A DNA stretch of 64,000 nt, from positions 3,484 to 67,483 of the forward strand of contig CAZXXY010000001.1 in the NCBI GenBank assembly GCA_964644755.1, in the 5' to 3' direction. Shown piece by piece: positions 55,806 through 64,000 of this stretch (its first letter is position 1; each line of letters starts with the position of its first letter). The DNA comes from an uncultured Hyphomonas sp. (GTDB taxonomy: Bacteria; Pseudomonadota; Alphaproteobacteria; Caulobacterales; Hyphomonadaceae). The position numbers and the translations under genes were made by a program. Under the pieces are notes generated by a model. The model did not search any database, had not been told where the DNA came from, and was given only the letters and a program-made list of their open reading frames with translations.

Positions 55806-56894
55806 ATGGCTGACCTATTTGAAAACCCTGCCGGGCTGGACGGCTTCGAGTTCATCGAATTCTCTGCGCCGGAAAAGGGCATTCTGGAACCCGTGTTTAC
55901 CAGCATGGGGTTCACGAAAATAGCGCGTCACCGGTCCAAAGATGTCGAGCTTTGGCGGCAAGGCGGCATCAATCTAATCACCAATTACGAGCCAAACTCT
56001 CCGGCACACTATTTCGCCCGCGAACATGGTCCGTCTGCCTGCGGCATGGGGTTTCGCGTTCGTAACGCTGCGGAAGCCTACACCCAATTGCTGGAGAAAG
56101 GCGCCGAGCCGGTTGAGCTTGTCACCGGACCTATGGAATTGCGCCTGCCCGCCATTCGCGGCATTGGCGGCTCAATCATCTACCTGATCGATCGCTATGG
56201 TGAGGATCTATCCATTTACGATATCGATTTTGAATACATCGAGGGCGTTGACCGTCAGCCATTCGGGGCTGGCTTCCATGTGATCGACCACCTCACCCAT
56301 AATGTTTATGGCGGCCGAATGGAGTATTGGGCGAATTTTTACGAGACGCTGTTCAACTTCCGCGAAATCCGCTTCTTCGACATCAAAGGGGAATATACCG
56401 GCCTGACGTCCAAGGCGCTGACAGCACCAGACGGCAAAATCCGCATTCCACTGAATGAAGAAGGCGAAGGCGGCAAAGGCCAAATCGAGGAATATCTGCG
56501 TGAGTTTGGTGGCGAAGGCATCCAGCACATCGCGTTTAATTGCGACAATCTCTATGAATGCTGGGATCGCCTGAAGGGCATGGGCATTCCGTTTATGACC
56601 GCACCGCCTGAAACCTATTATGAGATGCTCGACAGTCGTTTGCCAAATCATGGGGAAGACGTTGCCGGGTTGAAGTCACGCGGCCTGTTGCTTGACGGGA
56701 CCACGGATGGCGGCCAGCCGCGCTTGCTCTTGCAGATCTTTTCGGAAACTCAGCTTGGCCCGGTCTTCTTCGAATTTATCCAGCGCAAAGGTGATGACGG
56801 GTTTGGCGAAGGCAACTTCAAAGCCCTGTTTGAAAGCATTGAGCGTGATCAAATCAATCGCGGCGTTCTGGATGTGAAAGAGCCCGCAGAATAA
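55806..56894 (+). CDS. hpd: 4-hydroxyphenylpyruvate dioxygenase
   Basis: ORF 55626..56894. Start set at the ATG at 55806 ([20 protein letters not shown]), 8 nt after TGGAGA. Motifs [17 protein letters not shown] and [26 protein letters not shown]. Confidence 0.9.
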   Translation: MADLFENPAGLDGFEFIEFSAPEKGILEPVFTSMGFTKIARHRSKDVELWRQGGINLITNYEPNSPAHYFAREHGPSACGMGFRVRNAAEAYTQLLEKGAEPVELVTGPMELRLPAIRGIGGSIIYLIDRYGEDLSIYDIDFEYIEGVDRQPFGAGFHVIDHLTHNVYGGRMEYWANFYETLFNFREIRFFDIKGEYTGLTSKALTAPDGKIRIPLNEEGEGGKGQIEEYLREFGGEGIQHIAFNCDNLYECWDRLKGMGIPFMTAPPETYYEMLDSRLPNHGEDVAGLKSRGLLLDGTTDGGQPRLLLQIFSETQLGPVFFEFIQRKGDDGFGEGNFKALFESIERDQINRGVLDVKEPAE

Positions 56895-56915
56895 GTCTCC
56901 TCCAGAGAAACCTAT

Positions 56916-56951
56916 GGCGTCATCGCGCATATGCGGTGGCGCCTTTTTTTT
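56916..56951 (+). terminator. rho-independent terminator after hpd
   Basis: A 12-bp stem (GGCGTCATCGCG / TGCGGTGGCGCC, with 3 G-U pairs), loop CATA, then eight T at 56944..56951. Confidence 0.7.
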
Positions 56952-56977
56952 CTGTCCGATTGCGACCTTAGCTGCGA

Positions 56978-57433
56978 CTATTTACGAAGCACGATCCGCA
57001 GATCTTTGACTTCGACCTGTTTGCCATCTTCTCCGACAAACCCTGCCTTCACGGCTCCGCCTGTTTTCTGCGTGAAGCTGATCGGAGCGTCACCTGCGCC
57101 GAGCCATTGATCACCCCATTGGGTCAAGGCGATCAGAACTGGACGTAGATCATTCCCCTTATCCGTAAGGACATATTCCTTGCGAGCGCGGCGCCCTTCT
57201 TCCCGATAGTCTTGCGGTGCCAGTAAGCCGGCATCCGTCAGCCTCTTCAAACGATTGCTCAGAACTGTCCTCGGGACACCCAGCTCGACATGGAAATCAT
57301 CGAACCGCCGGACACCATAAAGCGCCGACCGCAAAATCATCAAATTCCACTTGTCCCCCACAACGGCAATAGCACGGGTCAAATTGCATCGGTCAGTCGG
57401 AACCGGCGAACGTCGAGTACGCGGAGGAATCAT
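56978..57433 (-). CDS. HxlR family transcriptional regulator
   Basis: CNLTRAIAVVGDKWNLMILRSALYGVRRFDDFHVELGVPRTVLSNRLKRLTDAGLL. Start uncertain: ATG at 57433 was chosen, and the ORF extends to a GTG at 57499. Confidence 0.75.
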   Translation of the reverse strand: MIPPRTRRSPVPTDRCNLTRAIAVVGDKWNLMILRSALYGVRRFDDFHVELGVPRTVLSNRLKRLTDAGLLAPQDYREEGRRARKEYVLTDKGNDLRPVLIALTQWGDQWLGAGDAPISFTQKTGGAVKAGFVGEDGKQVEVKDLRIVLRK

Positions 57434-57582
57434 AAAGGTTACTGTGCATAAGTTCGCAATTAAAATCCAGCCCAGCTTTTGAATCATCGAAGTAATCACA
57501 CGAACGCGATACGAATCTATTGCACACGCATTGCTTAGGGCGTTGGCGTCCGCTAATTGTCGCTCATCGCAATTTGTCTTGA

Positions 57583-58557
<975 letters not shown>

Positions 58558-58584
58558 GGCACCCTTAAAAGTTAAAGACATAAG

Positions 58585-58618
58585 AAAGCCCCGCCTTCAA
58601 AAGCGGGGCTTTTGTTTT
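58585..58618 (+). terminator. rho-independent terminator after mdh
   Basis: AAAGCCCCGC - loop CTTCAAAA - GCGGGGCTTT, followed by TGTTTTG. Confidence 0.8.
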
Positions 58619-58686
58619 GCCCATTTGTTTTCCCTTTTTCCCTCGCAGCAGTTCCCTTTCCCGAGCAGCGCAGCCATAATCTACGA

Positions 58687-59409
58687 ATGACATCTCACCG
58701 ACTGCCCTACTCCGCCCGCATCCTCCTCGACGGTCCTGACACCGTTGCCTTGCTTGAACGGCTCGTAACGTGCCGCGTCGAAGGACTTGCCGCAGATGCG
58801 CGGACTCCGGGCGCACTGCTGACACCGCAAGGCAAAGTGCTGGCGGACTTTATCTTGCACCGCACGGAGACAGGCGCGCGAATGGATGTTTCGCCAGAAA
58901 TCGCGGCTGATCTGGAGAAGCGGCTAAAGCTCTTCCGGCTGCGCGCCGAGGTGGAGATTTCCCGCGAAGACACAGAGGCAGTCATAATCGACCATGCCGA
59001 CCGGATTGCCAGCCTCAGTCCGGCCTTGGGACATGACTTCGCAACCGCCAGCGTTTTCCCGACCGATGTGAACCTCGATATTGTCGGCGGCATTGATTAC
59101 AAAAAGGGCTGTTTTGTCGGGCAGGAAGTGGTCAGCAGAATGGCGCGGCGCGGGAAAATCCGTAAGCGGGCGGTGCGGCTTGATGGCACCGGACTAGAGG
59201 CCGGAGCAGATGTGATGGCCGATGGCAAGCGGCTCGGCACTGTAACAAGCGCAAGCGCGATCAATGCGCTGGCCATATTGCGGACCGATCATCTGGCAGT
59301 AGCATTGGACGCGGGCGCGCGCCTAATTGTGGGCGAACAAGCTGTACAGCCTTATTGTCCGGACTGGCTCAAGGCAGAAATGGAGGCGTTCACGCATGGC
59401 CAAGACTGA
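58687..59409 (+). CDS. ygfZ: YgfZ/CAF17-type folate-binding Fe-S cluster repair protein
   Basis: ORF 58612..59409. Start set at the ATG at 58687. Signature DYKKGCFVGQEVVSRMARRGKIRKR. Confidence 0.8.
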   Translation: MTSHRLPYSARILLDGPDTVALLERLVTCRVEGLAADARTPGALLTPQGKVLADFILHRTETGARMDVSPEIAADLEKRLKLFRLRAEVEISREDTEAVIIDHADRIASLSPALGHDFATASVFPTDVNLDIVGGIDYKKGCFVGQEVVSRMARRGKIRKRAVRLDGTGLEAGADVMADGKRLGTVTSASAINALAILRTDHLAVALDAGARLIVGEQAVQPYCPDWLKAEMEAFTHGQD

Positions 59410-60001
59410 GCAGCCCATCATTGAAGACGTGCCTTGCGGCTGGGCGCCAGCGAAGGATGCCTTTTATCGCGCCTATCATGATGAGGAATGGGGCGTGCCC
59501 GAATACGATTCCCGCGCATTGTGGGAAAAGCTTCAGCTTGATGGCATGCAAGCTGGTCTATCCTGGATCACAATCCTGAGAAAGCGCGAGAGCATGCGCG
59601 AAGAGTTTGACGGGTTTGATCCCGAACGTATTGCCAAATGGGATCAGGCCCGCATCGACAAGGCGCTTACGAACCCCGGCATCATACGCAGCCCGAAAAA
59701 GATTGAAGCGTGCATTGGCAACGCCAAGGCCTATTTGACGGCGATGGAAAAGGGCGAAGATTTCTCCGAGTGGCTATGGTCCTATGTCGATAATAAGCCG
59801 ATTGTTGGCGAGTGGCAGAACTACAAAGACAGCCCGACAAAGTCCGATATTTCCGAACAACTTTCAAAAGATCTCAAAAAGCGCGGTCACAAATTTTGCG
59901 GTCCCGTAATCGTCTACGCCTTTATGCAGGCTGTCGGAATGATCAATGACCACGAACTGGCGTGTCCACGGCACAAAGCGGTTCAGAAGCTTGCCCGCTA
60001 G
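59396..60001 (+). CDS. tag: DNA-3-methyladenine glycosylase I
   Basis: Start at the ATG at 59396 (14-nt overlap with ygfZ). CGWA...YHDEEWGVP..D...LWE.L.LDGMQAGLSW.TIL.KR. Confidence 0.9.
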   Translation: MAKTEQPIIEDVPCGWAPAKDAFYRAYHDEEWGVPEYDSRALWEKLQLDGMQAGLSWITILRKRESMREEFDGFDPERIAKWDQARIDKALTNPGIIRSPKKIEACIGNAKAYLTAMEKGEDFSEWLWSYVDNKPIVGEWQNYKDSPTKSDISEQLSKDLKKRGHKFCGPVIVYAFMQAVGMINDHELACPRHKAVQKLAR

Positions 60002-60076
60002 ACGCAAGCGCCAACCCGGCCTAGTCTGTTGATCTGAACCAAGTAAAAAGGGACGGCCTCACGCGCCGACACCACA

Positions 60077-61198
60077 ATGATTAAACCAGTCATCTCGGCC
60101 ACCGGCCTATGGACGCCGGAAGCATCCGTCTCAAACGAAGAACTTGTCGCCAGCTTCAACCAGTGGGCAGACAATTGGAATGCCAGATATGCCGATGAAA
60201 TTTCGGCCGGCACAGTTGAAGCCAAAACGCATTCCTCGGTCGAGTTCATCGAAAAAGCCTCCGGCATCAAATCACGGTTTGTCATCAACAAATCTGGTAT
60301 TATCGATCCGGATGTGATGCGCCCAAACATTCCCGAACGTCCAAACGAAGACCCCAGCCTACTCGCGGAAATGGCCGTCAAAGCTGCCAATCAAGCGCTT
60401 GAGCGCGCGGGCCGCAAGCCCGAAGATGTCGATGCCGTTCTGTGTGCCTGTTCGAACTTGCAGCGTGCTTATCCAGCCATGGCCGTCGAAATTCAGGCTC
60501 TGCTCGGCATTGATGGCTTCGGCTTTGATATGAACGTCGCCTGTTCATCGGCGACGTTCGGTATCCAGACCGCTGCCGATATGGTCCGCACTGGTAGTGC
60601 GAAATCCGTCCTCATGGTCAATCCGGAAGTCTGCTCTGCCCATCTGAATTTTACTGATCGCGATAGTCACTTCATTTTTGGTGATGTGGCAACCGCCGTT
60701 CTTGTCGAGGCTGATGACATCGCCCCGACAGCCCGTTGGGACATTTTGGGCACCAGCCTGAAGACGCAATTTTCAAACAATATCCGCAATAATTTCGGCT
60801 TCCTCAACAACACCGCGCCTGAAGGCATTGGCGCGCAGGATAAATTGTTCATGCAAGAAGGCCGTAAAGTCTTCAAAGAAGTCGTTCCCATGGTCGCCAA
60901 AATGATCGGCGCCGAAATGGAGCGTCTGGATCTGGCATCCACTGATCTCAAACGCCTTTGGCTTCATCAGGCCAATGCCAATATGAACCGGCTTATCTCC
61001 TCCAAAGTTCTCGGCCATGAAGCCAGCTCTGATGAAAGCCCGACAGTGCTCGACACATATGCAAATACCAGCTCGGCCGGATCAATTATCGCCTTCCATA
61101 AGCATAGTGATGACTTCGCAAACGGCGATAAGGGTTTGATCTGTTCATTTGGCGCCGGCTACTCTGCTGGAACCGTCTTCGTCGAGCGGGTCAAATAG
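60077..61198 (+). CDS. beta-ketoacyl-ACP synthase III family protein (long FabH-like form)
   Basis: 373 aa. Cys-His-Asn triad contexts are present (NVACSSATFG, LWLHQANANMN, YANTSSAGS). Confidence 0.8.
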   Translation: MIKPVISATGLWTPEASVSNEELVASFNQWADNWNARYADEISAGTVEAKTHSSVEFIEKASGIKSRFVINKSGIIDPDVMRPNIPERPNEDPSLLAEMAVKAANQALERAGRKPEDVDAVLCACSNLQRAYPAMAVEIQALLGIDGFGFDMNVACSSATFGIQTAADMVRTGSAKSVLMVNPEVCSAHLNFTDRDSHFIFGDVATAVLVEADDIAPTARWDILGTSLKTQFSNNIRNNFGFLNNTAPEGIGAQDKLFMQEGRKVFKEVVPMVAKMIGAEMERLDLASTDLKRLWLHQANANMNRLISSKVLGHEASSDESPTVLDTYANTSSAGSIIAFHKHSDDFANGDKGLICSFGAGYSAGTVFVERVK

Positions 61199-61258
61199 AC
61201 CGCAGCTCATACCCTCACCGCCCCTGTTCGTTTGAGACAATATTGAAGGACTAGACAG

Positions 61259-61924
61259 ATGAGACTATTTCCTATTGCCATAGGCTTTACCGCACTGGCG
61301 CTTGGCGCCTGCCAACAGCCGGCCAACATTGACACTTCTGCAAGTGCACTTCCAGCCGTCGAAACGTCGGGCATGACATATTTTATCACGAGCGTAGGTC
61401 TGGGTGATGGGGCCAATCTTGGAGGCCTGGAGGGCGCAGACGCCCATTGCGCTAGTCTCGCAAATGCCGCCGGCGCCACCGCAAAGAATTGGCGCGCTTA
61501 TCTGTCAACAAATGGCGAAGGCGGCATCAATGCGAAAGACCGCATCGGCACGGGTCCATGGGTCAATGCCAGAGGTGAGGTCGTCGCCACAAGTGTTGCC
61601 AATCTCGTAGACGCGTCGGGCAACAATCTGAACAAAGCAACCTCGATCAGTGAAACAGGCGAGATCATCAACGGCCGCGGCGACCGCCCAAACCGGCATG
61701 ATATCCTGACCGGCTCAGACGGCGCGGGCCTTGCCACGGAAGACACATGTTCCAACTGGACAAGCAATGGTAAAGGTTCGGCGACAGTGGGCCATCATGA
61801 CCGCGTGGGCGGTGGATCAGACCCAACCCATTGGAGCACAGCCCACGGCTCGCGCGGCTGTTCCCAGAAAGCGCTTCAGGGCTCGGGGGGCGACGGGCTC
61901 TTTTACTGCTTCGCAACTGACTAG
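61259..61924 (+). CDS. lipoprotein with endostatin/DUF1554-like (C-type-lectin-fold) domain
   Basis: Signal peptide plus lipobox (FTALALGAC). The mature part aligns by eye with the collagen XVIII endostatin domain (GLEGADAHC...WRAYLST...PWVN..GEVV...LTGSD..G....TCSNWTS...C...FYC), with four equivalent Cys. Confidence 0.6.
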   Translation: MRLFPIAIGFTALALGACQQPANIDTSASALPAVETSGMTYFITSVGLGDGANLGGLEGADAHCASLANAAGATAKNWRAYLSTNGEGGINAKDRIGTGPWVNARGEVVATSVANLVDASGNNLNKATSISETGEIINGRGDRPNRHDILTGSDGAGLATEDTCSNWTSNGKGSATVGHHDRVGGGSDPTHWSTAHGSRGCSQKALQGSGGDGLFYCFATD

Positions 61925-62012
61925 CGAGGTCATTTCCTTCCATTGCCTCCAGCATCGACAAAATAGCTCAGATCGGTAAATTTGTTGCTGGACGTCAATT
62001 GGAGAGCTTCAT

Positions 62013-63560
62013 ATGCATCCGTTTCACCACGCCGCCGCACACCCTGATAAACCCGCTTACACTATGGCTGGATCAGGGGAAGTGGTCACCTTCAGCCAGC
62101 TCGACAAAAGATCCAATCAAACCGCCCACGCCTTGCGCGAAGCCGGCTGCAAACCCGGAGACACGATTGCCATTCTGGCCGAAAATTCGGCGCGGTATTT
62201 TGAAGTCTGCTGGGCAGCTCAACGGTCTGGCCTCTACTTTGTCTGTATTTCATCACGGCTGACCCCGCCAGAAGTGGAGTATATTTTGCGCGATAGCGGC
62301 GCGCGCTTGCTCATCGTTGGTGCCAGCAAAGCTGAGACAGGGCGCAAAGCCGCAGATTTGGCTGGCCTGACGGATCGCTGGTCGTTCGACGCAGAGGTTG
62401 ATGGCTTCAAGGCACTGGAAACCTGGCGCGAACGTTTCCCCGAAACACCAATCCCAGACGAAATGACTGGCTCGGACATGCTCTACTCATCCGGCACAAC
62501 GGGGCGGCCCAAAGGTATTCGTCCGCCGCTCGAGCCCGGCGAGCCGATCGATGCTGACAATGTACTTGCCCAAATTTCGCGGGCGCTAGCAGGGGCTGAC
62601 GAGAACACTTTGTATCTCTCTCCCGCCCCGCTCTATCACGCCGCGCCCTTGCGCTGGTGCATGTCGATGACCAAGCTTGGCGCAAGCCTCGTCATCATGG
62701 AAAAATTCGATCCCGAAGCCTTTCTTGCCAATGTCCAATCCTACAAAATCACCCACACACAAACCGTTCCAACCATGTTTGTGCGTATGCTGAAATTGCC
62801 CGAAGACATTCGAACGAAATATGACATATCAAGCCTTCAGTTCTGCCTCCATGCCGCCGCGCCCTGCCCGATCCCGATCAAGGAGCAGATGATCGAGTGG
62901 TGGGGACCGGTGATCGAAGAGTACTATGCTGGCTCTGAAGGCAATGGCATGACATGGGCAAAATCGGACGAATGGATGACCCACAAAGGGACCGTCGGTC
63001 GGGCGATTTGGGGAGAGGTTCATATTTGTGACGAAGACGGGAACGAAGTGCCCATTGGCACAGAAGGTCAGGTCTATTTTGGGGGCACACCGACGCCCAA
63101 CTACCACAATGCGCCGGAGAAAAACAAAGCTGCGCTCAATCCACAGCACCCCGACTGGTCCTCGCTGGGGGATGTCGGCAAGCTCGACGAAGACGGGTAT
63201 CTCTATCTCACCGACCGCAAAGCCTTCATGATCATTTCTGGCGGCGTAAACATCTATCCGCAAGAAACCGAGAACATCCTCATCACCCACCCAAAAGTCG
63301 CAGATTGCGCCGTGATTGGCGTGCCTGACCCAGACTTTGGCGAAGCGGTTAAAGCGATCATTCAACCAATGGAGGGGATCGCGCCGTCGGATGAACTGGC
63401 AGAAGAACTCATGCAATTCTGTCAGGACAATCTGTCAAAACTAAAATGTCCCAAAAGCATAGATTTTGATCCGGAATTGCCGCGCCACCCAACGGGCAAG
63501 CTATACAAACGCCTGATCCGTGATCGCTATTGGGGAAAAATGGATAGCCGGATCGTATAA
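62013..63560 (+). CDS. acyl-CoA synthetase (ANL family)
   Basis: 515 aa with YSSGTTGRPKG, GDVGKLDEDGYLYLTDRK and TGKLYKRLI. Collinear paralogue of 26904..28445. Confidence 0.85.
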   Translation: MHPFHHAAAHPDKPAYTMAGSGEVVTFSQLDKRSNQTAHALREAGCKPGDTIAILAENSARYFEVCWAAQRSGLYFVCISSRLTPPEVEYILRDSGARLLIVGASKAETGRKAADLAGLTDRWSFDAEVDGFKALETWRERFPETPIPDEMTGSDMLYSSGTTGRPKGIRPPLEPGEPIDADNVLAQISRALAGADENTLYLSPAPLYHAAPLRWCMSMTKLGASLVIMEKFDPEAFLANVQSYKITHTQTVPTMFVRMLKLPEDIRTKYDISSLQFCLHAAAPCPIPIKEQMIEWWGPVIEEYYAGSEGNGMTWAKSDEWMTHKGTVGRAIWGEVHICDEDGNEVPIGTEGQVYFGGTPTPNYHNAPEKNKAALNPQHPDWSSLGDVGKLDEDGYLYLTDRKAFMIISGGVNIYPQETENILITHPKVADCAVIGVPDPDFGEAVKAIIQPMEGIAPSDELAEELMQFCQDNLSKLKCPKSIDFDPELPRHPTGKLYKRLIRDRYWGKMDSRIV

Positions 63561-63620
63561 TGCGATAGGGCGGGCCAGAATTTCGATGACAAGACTGGCC
63601 TTGCGGCTTACTTCTTGCGC

Positions 63621-64000
63621 ATGACTGAACTTCTTCCCAATCAGCGCCACCTCTTCGACATCCCCGATGACGTGGCCTATCTCAACTGCGCCACGATGGG
63701 CCCGATGCCGCGTGCAGCCGTCTTGGCAGGCAATACGGGCCTCTCTCGGAAAGCGCAACCTTGGGCGATAACGACGGACGACTTCTTCAAAGACACTGAC
63801 AGTCTTCGGCCTAAGCTCGCCAGATTGATCCACGCAGACACGGATGGTATCGCCTTCGTTCCTTCAGCCAGTTACGCCATGGCGACCGCCGCGCAAAACA
63901 TTACCTTGGAGCGCGGCCAGAGCATTGTTCTTATGGCAGACCAGTTCCCCTCGAACGTTTACGTCTGGCGTGATCTGGCCGAAAGATCGGGGGCGAGCAT
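63621..64000 (+). CDS. class V aminotransferase-fold PLP enzyme (N-terminal part; continues past the window end)
   Basis: Missing from the ORF track (no stop in the window). Hand translation from the ATG at 63621: MTELLPNQRHLFDIPDDVAYLNCATMGPMPRAAVLAGNTGL...GIAFVPSASYAMATAAQNI... Confidence 0.65.
   Translation, partial: MTELLPNQRHLFDIPDDVAYLNCATMGPMPRAAVLAGNTGLSRKAQPWAITTDDFFKDTDSLRPKLARLIHADTDGIAFVPSASYAMATAAQNITLERGQSIVLMADQFPSNVYVWRDLAERSGAS

Overview
The window looks like a chromosomal segment of an alphaproteobacterium-type genome. That call rests on the LDH-like Mdh sequence and the yfgM-bamB-der neighbourhood, and I cannot name the taxon without a database search. I support about 63 CDS, two of them cut by the window edges. 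I saw no rRNA, tRNA, CRISPR array, IS element, integrase or phage genes.

The window has three parts:
1. Positions 1.4-39.4 kb hold a dense catabolic island for lipid-like or alicyclic CoA thioesters. It has two acyl-CoA dehydrogenases, two thiolase-fold proteins each paired with a DUF35 module, a split MaoC hydratase, five SDRs, FadH, a family III CoA-transferase, two acyl-CoA synthetases, two Rieske oxygenase alpha subunits, an AcoAB-type E1 pair, a GST and a LuxR-type regulator. It also carries a minus-strand gene string: korC-like/korA/korB, an esterase-BVMO fusion, an aldehyde dehydrogenase, a DMT transporter and a Zn-ADH.
2. Positions 39.5-45.5 kb hold a compact molybdenum-cofactor operon (xdhC-like, mocA-like, moaA, moaD, moaE, moaB, moaC, moeA). 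A Mop-less ModE-like gene and a perfect 10-N6-10 Mo-box-like palindrome precede it.
3. Positions 45.5-64 kb hold mostly housekeeping genes (der, bamB, yfgM-like, panB, hpd with a MarR gene, mdh, ygfZ, tag, a KAS III). An AT-richer two-gene module (FAD oxidoreductase plus orphan histidine kinase) and an endostatin/DUF1554-like lipoprotein also sit here.

Nothing resembles a defence or mobile system. The least textbook items are:
- the esterase::Baeyer-Villiger monooxygenase fusion, co-directional with a three-gene NADP-type 2-oxoacid oxidoreductase;
- a fusion of a degenerate HMG-CoA-synthase-like domain to DUF35, translationally coupled to an intact thiolase;
- a second DUF35/thiolase-like pair with degenerate thiolase motifs;
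- the Mo-box plus truncated ModE.

All family calls come from motif reading by eye. Start codons were chosen by eye from SD-like sequences and stop/start overlaps. No similarity search or statistics were run.
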